38,801 bases of DNA from an uncultured archaeon (GCA_963810275.1 CAWENF010000011.1:1-38801); one strand, 5' to 3'; positions 9,937 to 20,516 are shown, counted from the stretch's first letter. A program made the numbers and translations. Notes: generated by a model not told the origin, from the sequence alone.

Positions 9937-10377
9937 TTACCTCGCTGGTTTTTGTTTGCGGCCGTACACGAGTTCGTTAAGGCTTGTGCCGTTTACTTTT
10001 ACGACTTTCCAGCGGACACCAGGAATGTCGCCCATAGCACCACCACGGGTGCCTCCGATGCCTTCAACAACTACTTCGTCGTGTTCGTCGACAACGTTTA
10101 AGGCGCCGTCTCCAGGCAGGAAAGCAGATATGGTGCGGCCGTTTTTGATTAATTGCGTTCTGACACATTTACGAATGGCGCTGTTTGGCTGCTTAGACTC
10201 AATACCCACCTTCTCAAGAACAATGCCTCGAGCCTGTGGTGCGCCCTGCATAGGATCGACTTTTTCGTCAAGCATCAACATACGTCTGTTAAAGTATCTA
10301 TCGTGCCAACGGAAATTCTTCCGTTTCTTAGCTAACTGCCTTGCGGCGAATTCGCCTCTTGGAGACTTGGAACCCAT
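9937..10377 (-). CDS. rps12: 30S ribosomal protein S12 (uS12)
   Basis: [10 protein letters not shown] and [10 protein letters not shown]; start trimmed to MGSKSPRG (ATG at 10377). Confidence 0.98.
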   Translation of the reverse strand: MGSKSPRGEFAARQLAKKRKNFRWHDRYFNRRMLMLDEKVDPMQGAPQARGIVLEKVGIESKQPNSAIRKCVRTQLIKNGRTISAFLPGDGALNVVDEHDEVVVEGIGGTRGGAMGDIPGVRWKVVKVNGTSLNELVYGRKQKPAR

Positions 10378-10818
10378 ATCTAAGATATTCCTTCTTTTTG
10401 CAACATGCATAGTCAACAGTCTCATATTTAAAGGAAACGAAGTAAACAACAACAACAGGCATTAAAAGTCGACACAATTAGCGATATGGATTATCTGAAT
10501 AAGTAATCAATTTGTAACTCAAGAATTATCTTAATGAGTCAACAAATTCACTCATCTTTACCGGAGGTGTTCTTTCACAAGATTATGGCTTAAGGTCAAG
10601 AGATAGTTTGTCTGGATTGCAAATAATTTCAAGTAATTTCGCCCACACCTAGTCAGACAAAAAAACGATACAAACACAAAAAGCACCGCGTTCAGTTGCC
10701 ATCTTTTAGTGCCTTAGAAACCAACACAAATAAATAAAGAAAAAAAAGTTCAATATCAACCAGAAAAACACGTTTTTACCTAAGAACCATTTAACTAAAA
10801 CGAATTATTACGGGGCGT

Positions 10819-11703
10819 ATGAATTCAAAGTTGCTCTTCCACTTTTTATGGCTGGAAGTAAAACGAATCGCATTCAAGAAACAATACTTCGCTGAAATCG
10901 ACATAACAGACAACTGCAACCTCAGATGCAGACATTGCTACCATTTCCACGGAAAAACAGACCTCAAAACCAAAGAGATACCACTTAAGGTCTGGGAAAA
11001 AAGATTCCAAAACCTGCACATAGCGGGTGTAAGAGCGGTTCTGCTGGTAGGCGGAGAACCAGCATTAAGACCGGACGTTTTGATGCTTGCTGACAAAACA
11101 TTTCCCGTAGTTTATGTCATAACAAACGGAACCGTCAAGGTACCAGACAATTTTCACCATAGACTATTTGTTTCAGTAGACGGGTCACCAAAAACAAATG
11201 ATATTATTCGAGGAGAAAACTCATTCAATAAACTAATGGATAACTACCAGAAAGATAAACGCGTCATAATTAACATGACCCTCACAGCAAACAACTACAA
11301 AGAACTCGAACAGGTCGTAAGCATCGCAGAGGAAAACGGTTTTGACGGCGTAGTCTGCAACATATGCTCAGGAGCAATCGACTGCGATACCAACATGATA
11401 GTAGGCGACAGAGCACAAATAATCCAAGAAATGAAACGAGTAAAATCACTTCACTCAAAAAGTTTTCTTATGAGCGAAGGCATGATCCGATGGTATGCCC
11501 AACCAGACCACACAGATTCATGCGCATGGGGGAGCCAAACGCTCCATCTGGATGTATGGTGGAAAAAACGAAAATGCTTCACCAACAACGCTGACTGTGC
11601 CAACTGCGGCTGCTTTGCAGGTTCGCTTCAGACACCGCTTAAAATGATCAAAAATCTGGGAACTATGATCAAAATTGCCGCACCCAACGGCTACAGACTA
11701 TAA
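10819..11703 (+). CDS. Radical SAM protein with C-terminal Cys cluster
   Basis: CNLRCRHC, GGEP, ITNGT, VSVDG; C-terminal C..C..CANCGC. Confidence 0.9.
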   Translation: MNSKLLFHFLWLEVKRIAFKKQYFAEIDITDNCNLRCRHCYHFHGKTDLKTKEIPLKVWEKRFQNLHIAGVRAVLLVGGEPALRPDVLMLADKTFPVVYVITNGTVKVPDNFHHRLFVSVDGSPKTNDIIRGENSFNKLMDNYQKDKRVIINMTLTANNYKELEQVVSIAEENGFDGVVCNICSGAIDCDTNMIVGDRAQIIQEMKRVKSLHSKSFLMSEGMIRWYAQPDHTDSCAWGSQTLHLDVWWKKRKCFTNNADCANCGCFAGSLQTPLKMIKNLGTMIKIAAPNGYRL

Positions 11704-11778
11704 AAAACGCATCCAAAAACCACGCAAGGAAAGGGGTATAAACCTCTTAACTTCAACTTATTGTAGGAAGCGGTTTTT

Positions 11779-12351
11779 ATGAAACATGACGAGCGGACAC
11801 TTGAGCGCATCTACGAAAAAGACCCATCAGGCGGATTCATCATAAGCATCGCACTAGACCGCTACGTTGACGTCTTCAACGAACTCGACTCTGCACCCTG
11901 GCGACGCCGCGATCTCGACCATGACCTACGCATGTTCCTTGAGGAATGCTCAACCGACATACCTTTAAAATACGAGATTATTTTGCAGTTTAACGTGGAG
12001 CAAGAAAAACAAGACCGAGCCAAAGAAGAACGCCTTAAAATCGGCTTAAAAACATACTTCACATTTATTCGCTCCTCACTTCAAAAAGAAATATGGAAAA
12101 GCTACCAACTCAGCATCCTTTACACAGTAGGCTCTCTTTTTTTGCTATTCACCTTCTACTCGCTAAGCGTCTTCTCAACTGACCCGCTATTTTCAACAGT
12201 TTTTGATGTTGTGTCGATTGGCGGCTGGGTTTTCCTCTGGGAAGCTATCTCCACATTGGCATTTAGCGGCAGGGAGGCGCGTGGCAGGTTTAAGATGTAT
12301 GTGCGTTTCAGCATGGCGCAGGTCCGCTTTACCTATGTGCAGGGGAGTTAG
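11779..12351 (+). CDS. Conserved hypothetical membrane protein (two C-terminal TMs)
   Basis: FNELDSAPWRRRDLD segment; two hydrophobic helices ending IGGWVFLWEA; TATA-like TATAAA at ~11737. Confidence 0.75.
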   Translation: MKHDERTLERIYEKDPSGGFIISIALDRYVDVFNELDSAPWRRRDLDHDLRMFLEECSTDIPLKYEIILQFNVEQEKQDRAKEERLKIGLKTYFTFIRSSLQKEIWKSYQLSILYTVGSLFLLFTFYSLSVFSTDPLFSTVFDVVSIGGWVFLWEAISTLAFSGREARGRFKMYVRFSMAQVRFTYVQGS

Positions 12352-13334
12352 GAGCTGAAAATAAATAAACGAAGCGCCAAAACAGGCAAAACAACAATAA
12401 CACCAAACAAAGCAGCACTAATAGTCATTACCTTAAGCGCTCTGCCGATATCTTTGTAGCTAATCATGCCATGGTCGTCACCTAAGCAGTAATTGCCTTT
12501 CTTCTCCAGCTGAATGTTAAGTGCCCCAGCCATCGCACTGATTGTAAAGCCTGCGTTTGGGCTTGCAGTTTTGTGTTTGTCCCGCTCCAAAATCCGAAGT
12601 GACTCCTTACTATCGAGACGCAGCAATGCAGAAGCAGCCACCATTAGGTAGGCTGTAATGCGAGAGGGCAACCAGTTGGTCAGGGTATCCATTTTGGCGC
12701 TAAACCAGCCGATATTTCGGAACTCTGCGTTCTTGTAACCAACCATCGAGTCGAGCGTGTTTATGACACGATAAGCAAAGGCGCCGGGTACCCCGAAAAT
12801 TGCGAAATAGAAAAACGGTGAAGTTATGCCATCTGTTGTACTTTCAGCGATGGATTCCACAGTTGCAGATATGATTTGACGTTCGTTCAGTGTATGGGGG
12901 TCTCTTCGAACGATATAGGGGAGCCACTTGCGTGCACCTTCCAAATCACGGTTTTTCAGAGCTACTGCGATTGGTTTGGTGTATTGCCCCATGCCCGAAA
13001 TCGCAAACGTCGCTTTAAACAACAATGCCCCCACAACTATATACAGGATCTCACCGTAGGGAAACGGCAGCAGCCGCAGAAAGTACATCAACATAAACAC
13101 GGGTAAAGCAAACGCAAGCATTACAGCAACGGCCATCAGAACACCATTGGCTTTCTCAATGTTGGAGTTAGGGTGTTTGACACGTCTCTTGAAAAACAGT
13201 ATCATTTTTCCGATGCCAATAGTCGGATGGATGCGGTCAGGGTACTCGCCCAACACAAGGTCAATCAAAAATGCCAAGCCTAAAATGCACGCCGAATCCA
13301 CAAACCAAAAGACGTCAAACGCAAACATGCCCAC
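12348..13334 (-). CDS. cbiB: Adenosylcobinamide-phosphate synthase CbiB
   Basis: DLVLGEYP..IHP, ESIAESTTDG, YRVINTLDSMVGYKN, SPNAG; start may be the ATG at 13328. Confidence 0.95.
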   Translation of the reverse strand: MGMFAFDVFWFVDSACILGLAFLIDLVLGEYPDRIHPTIGIGKMILFFKRRVKHPNSNIEKANGVLMAVAVMLAFALPVFMLMYFLRLLPFPYGEILYIVVGALLFKATFAISGMGQYTKPIAVALKNRDLEGARKWLPYIVRRDPHTLNERQIISATVESIAESTTDGITSPFFYFAIFGVPGAFAYRVINTLDSMVGYKNAEFRNIGWFSAKMDTLTNWLPSRITAYLMVAASALLRLDSKESLRILERDKHKTASPNAGFTISAMAGALNIQLEKKGNYCLGDDHGMISYKDIGRALKVMTISAALFGVIVVLPVLALRLFIFSS

Positions 13335-13335
13335 A

Positions 13336-14466
13336 TCAAACCTTAAGGGACTTCTTAAACGCCTCGATTAAGTGAACGTTTTCCTGATGAGTTTTAACGG
13401 CGACTCGAATGTAAAACTCGTTTAAGCCGACAAAGCTGCTGCAGTCACGGATGAGGATGCCTTGTTTTAGCATACGGTGTTTAAGGGCGTTAGCGGTTAA
13501 GCCGGTTTGTTCGATATTTATGAAAAAGAAGTTTGCGCTAGGAACTTCGAATCGGAAACCCCTTAGCTGTGTGAGTTCTCTTTGCAGCCACGCCTTCTCG
13601 TTTTTAATAAGGTCTACTGTGACTTTGAGATGTTCAATGTCTTCGATGGCGGCAACGGCTGCGGCTTGCCCCAGACAGTTTATGTTCCATGGGATTTTGC
13701 TGCACAATAACAAGTTAGCTATTTCCTTTGAGGTTATTCCATAGCCGATACGCAGACCAGTTAAGCCAAAGATTTTGGTGAAGCTGCGCAGAATGAACAG
13801 GTTCGGGTACATATCGAGTTTCCCAATCATAGTCAACGTTTTTTCGTCGTCGACAAATTCAAGGAAGTCTTCGTCTAAGAAAACCAGAATATCCTGCGCC
13901 AACGCTGCATCCAAAATTTCGGTTAAAGTTTTCGTGGGAATTAGTTTGCTCGTGGGGTTGTTTGGGTTGCAAAGAAAAACCAGTTTACACCCAGCCATCG
14001 CACTGCGAAATGCTTCTGCCTCAATTTTAAAGTCACCAGCAAGCCTGACGAACTTGACGGATTCGCCAGTTTTGCGCACTGCGGCTTCATACTCGCCAAA
14101 CGTCGGCGCCGGCATCAATGCTTTTTCGCCTTTTTTGAGGAAAGCGTCGGCGAATAGGTACATGAGTTCGGTTGATCCGTTGCCCACCACTATGTTGTCT
14201 TTAGTTATGCCCGGGTGATGGCTTGCGATAACTTCGCGTAGAATATTGGAGTATGAATCGGGATATGCAGCGACAGAGGAAAAAGCGTTTTTCGCAGCTT
14301 CCAGAGCCTTATCTGACGGCCCCAACGGGTTTACGCTTGAGCTGAAATCCAAAATCTCAGAAGGCAAAATGCCGTATTGCGCAGCGGCACCATAAACCTC
14401 TGCTCCGTGTGGACAAGGTTTAAGGTTTTTAACATTGTCTTTGGCAAGGTTTTGGATGGCTTTCAT
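13336..14466 (-). CDS. cobD: L-threonine-O-3-phosphate decarboxylase CobD (HisC-like PLP enzyme)
   Basis: HGA..LDFSSSVNPLG, GNGSTEL, LCNPNNPT, LRSFTKIFGLTGLRIGY, LIRDCSSFVGL; directly upstream of cbiB. Confidence 0.85.
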   Translation of the reverse strand: MKAIQNLAKDNVKNLKPCPHGAEVYGAAAQYGILPSEILDFSSSVNPLGPSDKALEAAKNAFSSVAAYPDSYSNILREVIASHHPGITKDNIVVGNGSTELMYLFADAFLKKGEKALMPAPTFGEYEAAVRKTGESVKFVRLAGDFKIEAEAFRSAMAGCKLVFLCNPNNPTSKLIPTKTLTEILDAALAQDILVFLDEDFLEFVDDEKTLTMIGKLDMYPNLFILRSFTKIFGLTGLRIGYGITSKEIANLLLCSKIPWNINCLGQAAAVAAIEDIEHLKVTVDLIKNEKAWLQRELTQLRGFRFEVPSANFFFINIEQTGLTANALKHRMLKQGILIRDCSSFVGLNEFYIRVAVKTHQENVHLIEAFKKSLKV

Positions 14467-14625
14467 GGTTTACGTTCTTCTGTGCCGCTGAATTCAAGGG
14501 TTTCTCTTTTATGTAAATCATATAAAGGTTTGGTTGGATGTTCCATCCGTAATTATTTGCAGTAAAAGCCTAATTATACTACCGTCTATTAATGATTCAT
14601 TAATAGTTTTTGGGTGAAATAAGCA

Positions 14626-14811
14626 TTGAGCAAGAAACTTGTTGACGAAAAACACTCGCTTATGGCGTTAAAGGAAATGTTAAGAGACCGAAACAAAAAC
14701 GAACCCGTAGGGGAAGTACTCACCGTCTTTTGCGAACGCTATGGGTTAAGCATAGATGAGTGCCGCCGCTTCTACGACATGCTGGTTGAGAAGGGCGAAA
14801 TCAAAGAATAA
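14626..14811 (+). CDS. Small hypothetical helical protein
   Basis: 61-aa ORF with TTG start preceded by GGTGA; protein-like composition. Confidence 0.6.
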   Translation: MSKKLVDEKHSLMALKEMLRDRNKNEPVGEVLTVFCERYGLSIDECRRFYDMLVEKGEIKE

Positions 14812-14854
14812 AAACTTTAAGCGTCAAGGGCAAATCTTCTTTTTAGGGCTGAAT

Positions 14855-15652
14855 TTGAAGGAACTTATATTCGTTGGGTTAGGATTAAACGACGATAAAG
14901 GAATCACAGTAAAAGGCTTAGAGGAAGCTATATCTGCAGACACGGTTTTCATGGAAACTTATACCAGCCGCATGCCTGATTTTAATATGCAACGGTTTGA
15001 AGCCGCAATAGGAAAAAAAGTCCAACTTATTGCGCGCCGTGACTTGGAGGAAGAAAACGGTAAACGCCTCATAGACCACGCCAAAGCAGGGAAAGCGGTG
15101 TTTCTGGTGCCCGGCGACCCCTTCATAGCCACCACCCACGTGACGCTTCGCATAGAGGCAGAAAAACTTGGCGTAAAAACCAGGGTGGTGCACGGCATCT
15201 CGATTATGTCTGCTATAATGTCGCTCTCTGGGCTGCATAACTACAAGTTTGGTAAAACCGTTACGGTACCTTTCCCCGACAATTTTTCTGAAACCCCTTA
15301 CAAAGTTATATCGCAGAACAAGAAGCTAGGGTTACATACTTTATGTCTACTGGATTTAAGAGCAGCCCAAAACCTCTACCTCACAATCAACGAGGGGCTG
15401 ATACAGCTGTTGGAGGTCGAGAAAAGAAAGAAGCATGGCGTAGTTACATCCCAGACGGCGGCGTTGGGTATTGCCAGAGCAGGAAGCAACAACCCTATTT
15501 TGAAAGCAGATTTTGTTGAGAACCTTTTAGGTTTTGATTTCGGCGAACCACCATATAGCCTAATCATACCTGGCGATCTGCACTTCATGGAAGTTGATGC
15601 CCTCATAGCGTTTGCTGCAGCGCCTAAAGATTTTAAGAGATTATTGAAATGA
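14855..15652 (+). CDS. dph5: Diphthine synthase
   Basis: LIFVGLGL, ETYTS, LVPGDPFIATTH, YKFGKTVT, GLHTLCLLD; start trimmed to the TTG at 14855. Confidence 0.96.
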   Translation: MKELIFVGLGLNDDKGITVKGLEEAISADTVFMETYTSRMPDFNMQRFEAAIGKKVQLIARRDLEEENGKRLIDHAKAGKAVFLVPGDPFIATTHVTLRIEAEKLGVKTRVVHGISIMSAIMSLSGLHNYKFGKTVTVPFPDNFSETPYKVISQNKKLGLHTLCLLDLRAAQNLYLTINEGLIQLLEVEKRKKHGVVTSQTAALGIARAGSNNPILKADFVENLLGFDFGEPPYSLIIPGDLHFMEVDALIAFAAAPKDFKRLLK

Positions 15653-15924
15653 ATAGTGAGCAGTTAGCGGCTAAATACATTGGTTCCGCCGAGTATGTCC
15701 TCGCTAAACTCAAATGCACCCCCACCCCAATCGCTGTCAGTGAGGCAACGGTGGCTGAGGTGTTACAGTGGGCGAGGGATTATTTGGCTGATGCAAAGTA
15801 TTATAAGCAGCAGAATAAGTTTGAAACCAGTTTAACGTCGGTGGCCTACTGTGAAGGGCTGCTAGACAGCTTACGATTGATGGGCGCAGTGAACTTTGAA
15901 TGGCCAATAAAAAAAGAAAAGTAG
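15649..15924 (+). CDS. DUF357-family protein
   Basis: ARDYLADAKYY...YCEGLLDSLR; the usual neighbour of dph5. Confidence 0.85.
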   Translation: MNSEQLAAKYIGSAEYVLAKLKCTPTPIAVSEATVAEVLQWARDYLADAKYYKQQNKFETSLTSVAYCEGLLDSLRLMGAVNFEWPIKKEK

Positions 15925-16358
15925 TGCTGGCGACAGGCGTTTTTGACTTGCTCCATTTGGGGCATGTGCGCTTCTTGGAGGATGCCAAAAAGGCAGGAGG
16001 AGAAGGCGCCGTGCTGGTTGTTGTTGTCGCCAGAGACAGCACTGCCGAGAAACTTAAAGGCAAAAAACCCATCATGAACGAGGAGCAGCGGTGCGCCCTC
16101 GTCGAGTCCCTCAAAATCGTTGACAGGGCAGTTTTGGGGTATGAGGGCTTAGACATCGGTGAAGTCCTCTCAGAAATCAAACCCGACGTTATAGCGTTAG
16201 GGTGGGACCAAGCCGACATACAGCAAAAAGTGGCAGCCTACCTCAAAGAACATGAACGACCTATTTCTGTTGTGCAAGTTGGCAAATTTGGAGAGAACTC
16301 TTTAGATAGTTCCTCAAAGATTAAACAAGAAATAATCGACAAATTCGCCACGCAATGA
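15900..16358 (+). CDS. ribL: Archaeal FAD synthase (cytidylyltransferase family)
   Basis: ATGVFDLLHLGH (HxGH), VVVARD, PDVIALGWDQ, SSSKIK. Confidence 0.85.
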   Translation: MANKKRKVVLATGVFDLLHLGHVRFLEDAKKAGGEGAVLVVVVARDSTAEKLKGKKPIMNEEQRCALVESLKIVDRAVLGYEGLDIGEVLSEIKPDVIALGWDQADIQQKVAAYLKEHERPISVVQVGKFGENSLDSSSKIKQEIIDKFATQ

Positions 16359-16365
16359 TGCAACC

Positions 16366-16974
16366 ATGAACACCGCCAAGTACAAACCCACCTACATCCT
16401 AATCGCCATAAACGTATCTATCTACATTGCAGGCGCAGTTATCGGTGGAGACGCTTTAACCACAAGCAACAACGTTACAGTTTTTTGGGGACAATATAAT
16501 CTCTTAGTGTTTTCAGGTGCATACTGGCAGCTTTTCACATCCATGTTTATTCATGCTTCAATTTTTCATCTTGTTGGCAACATGCTGTTCCTGCTGATTT
16601 TCGGGTTGCGCGGGGAAGAGATGTTCTCGTTACCTGAATATCTCCTAATATATTTAGGCGGTGGTTTAATGGGTAACTTGCTCTCGCTGGTGTTTGGACC
16701 AAATTTCCTCTCAGTGGGGGCTTCAGGAGCGATATTTGCCATGTTTGGCGCATGCGTCATCTACGACAGACGAAGCGTCCGCCAATCAATAATGGGCGCA
16801 TTGGTGTACGCGTTCTTTTTGTTCTTCATAAACATCGGGGCAAACGTCAACATCCTAGCACATCTAGGCGGTTTAGCTTTCGGCTTAATAGTGGGCTATA
16901 TAATAGCGTCACGTCGCAAACACACCCAAGAAGACCTAACAAGGCAGTTTAAGTATCGGAACTCGCCGTTTTAA
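16366..16974 (+). CDS. Rhomboid-family intramembrane serine protease
   Basis: WQLFTSMFIH, HLVGNM, catalytic GASGA and AHLGG. Confidence 0.95.
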   Translation: MNTAKYKPTYILIAINVSIYIAGAVIGGDALTTSNNVTVFWGQYNLLVFSGAYWQLFTSMFIHASIFHLVGNMLFLLIFGLRGEEMFSLPEYLLIYLGGGLMGNLLSLVFGPNFLSVGASGAIFAMFGACVIYDRRSVRQSIMGALVYAFFLFFINIGANVNILAHLGGLAFGLIVGYIIASRRKHTQEDLTRQFKYRNSPF

Positions 16975-17660
16975 AACTGCGTTAGAATTTCGACTTTGAC
17001 TTTGCTTCCATCCTTTAAATTCAATTGTTTACGGAGGCAAACGGGCGCTATGATTTCAAGAACGGATGTGTCATAGTGGCTACGTGTTGCTGTGAGAAGA
17101 GCACCTCTGATTTTGCCGCCGATTAAGGCTGGGTAGCATTTGACAAGTCCGAAGCTCCGGTCTTGGTTTTGGAAGCCCACAACGTTTATTGCCGGGTATG
17201 CTTCGAGGTCTTGGCGTGTTTTGATCTCGTAGTCCTGTGTTAACTTGACGTTTAAGGTGCCAGGGTAGGGTTCGAAGCCAAGTTTTGTCATTATCTGTTT
17301 TTTGTAGTCGGGTTTGTTAACATAATAAGCGCCTTCGCCTAATCCTGTAAAAACGGTGCCTTGAAGTGTGACTGAGGGCGGGTAAGATTTTTCCATAAGT
17401 ATCTTTAGGTTGGCGTAGAGCTTCTGAAGTTCAACTGCGCCTGCTTCCTCGATTTTTATGAGGCTGCCCTCCGGGGTGACTTTGCGATCTATCCAGCCTT
17501 TGCGTTCCAACTCGATAAGATAACGGCTGGCAGTCTGCTGAGATATCCACAGCTTATTTGACAAATACTCGGTGCTGATTTTGGCTGTTCTGCGGTATGC
17601 TCCAATCTCTGCGAGTTTAAGCAACATAAACACGTGTTGCCAGTTCTGCTTCTCAGTCAC
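16971..17660 (-). CDS. ribK: Winged-HTH / CTP-dependent riboflavin kinase fusion
   Basis: ISQQTASRYL HTH; GLGEGAYYV, PYPGTLN, EIIAPVCLR. Confidence 0.93.
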   Translation of the reverse strand: MTEKQNWQHVFMLLKLAEIGAYRRTAKISTEYLSNKLWISQQTASRYLIELERKGWIDRKVTPEGSLIKIEEAGAVELQKLYANLKILMEKSYPPSVTLQGTVFTGLGEGAYYVNKPDYKKQIMTKLGFEPYPGTLNVKLTQDYEIKTRQDLEAYPAINVVGFQNQDRSFGLVKCYPALIGGKIRGALLTATRSHYDTSVLEIIAPVCLRKQLNLKDGSKVKVEILTQF

Positions 17661-17780
17661 CTTTTACTATGCCCTCCAGTGGCTAAACTGAATGATAATT
17701 TGGATATTTAAGCAACCCGCCAAACCGGCATAGTTAGACAACATATTTGAGCCGCCTCATCAACAGTTACTTGATCAATA

Positions 17781-18506
17781 GTGGGCAACGTTTTTGACGC
17801 CATGGGTCAGTTCTGGGCCGAAATTGCCAGCCAAAACCACACCCAAGAACAAATAAGTTTTCTAAAAACCCAGCTTAAACCTGACAGCACCGTTTTAGAC
17901 CTTGCATGCGGTACAGGGCGACACTTAATTCCACTTTCACATGAGGGTTTCTACGTAGTGGGTTTGGATGTTTCGAGGCGACTACTAAAAATCGCTCATC
18001 AACAGGGCGCTAAATTTCTTGTTTTGGGGGACTTGAGGTTTCTACCCTTCAAAGAGGGCGCTTTCGTTGCTGCGGTGAGTATGGACACTAGTTTCGGATA
18101 CCTTGCCAGTGAAGGGGACGACGCAAATAATATAGCCGAAACAAAAAGGGTACTTAATCAAGGAGGCATTTTAGTTCTTGATGTATTCAACCGCGAACAA
18201 CTAACCAGAAAGTACCGAGGCAAACCGTCGGAGCCGAAAACGCTGGAGTATTCCAGTTTTGTTTTGACTCAGAAACGGAGCATAAGCATCAGCGGTGATC
18301 AGCTCTGCGACGAGTGGATTTTAAAAAAGAAATTCAGTGGAGAAAAGGCGGTTTTTGAGCACACCGTCCGCCTCTATTTGCACAGCGATTTGGAGCGGAT
18401 GCTTGCGACGACAGGTTTTAGGGTGGACAATGTCTTTGGGGACTACGAAGCGCAGCCCTACAGCGGTGATTCTTCGAGGCTGATTTTAGTTGCTTCTGCG
18501 CTATAA
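17781..18506 (+). CDS. Class I SAM-dependent methyltransferase
   Basis: VLDLACGTGRH, VVGLDVS, GDLRFLPF, TSFGY. Confidence 0.92.
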   Translation: MGNVFDAMGQFWAEIASQNHTQEQISFLKTQLKPDSTVLDLACGTGRHLIPLSHEGFYVVGLDVSRRLLKIAHQQGAKFLVLGDLRFLPFKEGAFVAAVSMDTSFGYLASEGDDANNIAETKRVLNQGGILVLDVFNREQLTRKYRGKPSEPKTLEYSSFVLTQKRSISISGDQLCDEWILKKKFSGEKAVFEHTVRLYLHSDLERMLATTGFRVDNVFGDYEAQPYSGDSSRLILVASAL

Positions 18507-18532
18507 CTGTGCCCGAAAAGTGGGATGTTCTT

Positions 18533-18550
18533 CTAAGAAAGGTTATAAGT
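18533..18550 (+). promoter_or_regulatory. Archaeal BRE/TATA promoter of htpX
   Basis: AAGAAAGG-TTATAA about 40 bp upstream of the 18585 start. Confidence 0.6.
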
Positions 18551-18584
18551 TGCCTCAAAGAACTCCTAAAATAGGGATATTACA

Positions 18585-19574
18585 TTGAACTCTTGGAAGC
18601 TTCGTTTCTCAATGCTTGCCACTTTAGCGGCTATTTTCGGTTTAACCACACTGGTTTTCTCAGCCGTCCTACTATACGTAGGCTACTTTAGCATAGTCAC
18701 CGTTGGATTGTTGGTGGTAGTGTTAAACATTGCTCAATGGCTGTTTGCACCCTACCTCGTCGGCGCCATATACAAAGTCAAAGAAATGAAGTCCGATGAA
18801 AACCCCAAACTTCACCAAATGGTTGAGTCGCTAAGCAGAAAAAGCGGCATATCCACCCCAAAACTAATGCTTTCCAAAATCCCCATGCCAAACGCCTTCG
18901 CCTATGGCTCACCCCTAACAGGCAGCAGAGTCGCCGTAACCGAAGGACTGCTAAAATCTTTGGATGAGGGCGAAGTCGAAGCAGTGCTGGGGCACGAGTT
19001 AGGACATCTAAAACACCGCGACGTACAAGTCATGATGGTTGTTTCCTTTTTGCCAGCATTGTTCTACTACATTGGTTGGTCGCTTATGTGGTCAGGCATG
19101 TTTGGCGGCGGACGCAGAAACGACAACGGTAACGGCGCACTGTTAGGTATAGGTTTTATGGCGTTCTCTTGGATACTCACCTTATTCACGCTCTACTTGA
19201 GTCGGTTACGGGAGTATTACGCTGACCGCCACAGCGCCCAAATCGTAGAAAACGGCGCCTACAAACTGCAAACAGGCTTAGTCACGATTGTGGAAGAGAG
19301 CCGACGCAACATCCGACCGCCTCGACCAGGAGAAAAAACCAAAAGCAACACATCCTACAAGGCACTGTTCATAGCTGACCCCGACCGAGCTAATGTTGAC
19401 TCTGAGGAACTCCACAAAAACAACGTTACAAGCAAATATGACTTGCTCCGTGAAAAACTTAGCCAGAAACCCACCCAAGCAGACGCACTAATGGAAATCC
19501 TCTCAACCCATCCAAACATAATCAAGCGCCTACGCGCACTACAGGAGCTGCAAGAACAACCAGTAAGTGTCTAA
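18585..19574 (+). CDS. htpX: Zinc metalloprotease HtpX (M48)
   Basis: PNAFAYG, HELGHLKHRD, SRLREYYAD, STHP...RL. Confidence 0.95.
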   Translation: MNSWKLRFSMLATLAAIFGLTTLVFSAVLLYVGYFSIVTVGLLVVVLNIAQWLFAPYLVGAIYKVKEMKSDENPKLHQMVESLSRKSGISTPKLMLSKIPMPNAFAYGSPLTGSRVAVTEGLLKSLDEGEVEAVLGHELGHLKHRDVQVMMVVSFLPALFYYIGWSLMWSGMFGGGRRNDNGNGALLGIGFMAFSWILTLFTLYLSRLREYYADRHSAQIVENGAYKLQTGLVTIVEESRRNIRPPRPGEKTKSNTSYKALFIADPDRANVDSEELHKNNVTSKYDLLREKLSQKPTQADALMEILSTHPNIIKRLRALQELQEQPVSV

Positions 19575-20206
19575 AACAGCAAGTCTGGGCTGCGGTTACT
19601 CAGAAACGGATTAACCCTTTTTTCTTCACCCATGATGGAGGTTTCGCCGTGCCCGGGGTAAATGAGCATGTTTATGGGTAGGGCTTCGAGTTTTTTGAGT
19701 GAGCGGTTCATGTCGGTCATAGAGCCTTCGGGGAAGTCTGTTCTGCCGATGCCTCCTGCGAAGAGGGTATCGCCTGTGAAGACGAGGTGTTCACCGACTA
19801 GACATATGCTGCCCTTGGTGTGTCCGGGAGTGTGGAGTACTTTTAGTGTTTCCGTGCCGAATTTGATTTCGTTGCCTTCTTCAAGCAGGACGTTTGCGGG
19901 GGCGTTGAGGGTTTTTATTGATTCGATGAAGTATGCGTCTAGACGGTGGATGCAGATGGGGAGAAGGTATTTTTCTTGGAAAACCATGTCGCCTTTGATG
20001 TGGTCGCTGTGTCCATGGGTATTTATGATGAATTTGATTTTCAGTTGCGCCTGCTCGATATAGTCGATGATTTGCTGGGCTTCAGACTCATAGTCTAAGC
20101 CGGGGTCGATGATGACTGCTTCTTTGGTGTCGTGGCAACTGGCTACATAACAGTTGGTTGATAACATCCCGACGTTAAAGGTTTCAATTAGCAAACAAAT
20201 CAACAC
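19571..20206 (-). CDS. Metallo-beta-lactamase-fold hydrolase (glyoxalase II-like)
   Basis: THGHSDH, HTPGHTKG, FTGDTLF, YPGHG; true start may be about 12 nt downstream. Confidence 0.93.
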   Translation of the reverse strand: MLICLLIETFNVGMLSTNCYVASCHDTKEAVIIDPGLDYESEAQQIIDYIEQAQLKIKFIINTHGHSDHIKGDMVFQEKYLLPICIHRLDAYFIESIKTLNAPANVLLEEGNEIKFGTETLKVLHTPGHTKGSICLVGEHLVFTGDTLFAGGIGRTDFPEGSMTDMNRSLKKLEALPINMLIYPGHGETSIMGEEKRVNPFLSNRSPDLLF

Positions 20207-20516
20207 TTTACATACATGACTAAACTATGGTACAATATAGTATTTTTGTTTTTACAAAACTCCATAAAAAAACAGTTCAGGTCGAAAATTTGTTCAACAC
20301 ATATATTATAGTTGCAAAAGCAAACTGTTCAAGTTTAATGTTTTAAGGAGACAAGGAAAACTTGATTTTTTGTTTTGCTTGAACTAAAACCTGCCCACAA
20401 TCAAACTGCAACGTTCCGCTCAACCTGACGCAGAAACACTTTGTATTGCTTACGCCTTCAAGTTGATAGTGAATAAGGCAGCAAGTTTTCTTCTTCTTAT
20501 TACTTAAAAAAACTGT

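Noticed and set aside
10456-10818. Long divergent intergenic region
   Set aside because: No recognisable ORF, repeat or RNA motif
20207-20516. 310-bp gap with an AAGGAG RBS-like motif
   Set aside because: The following frames close within a few codons
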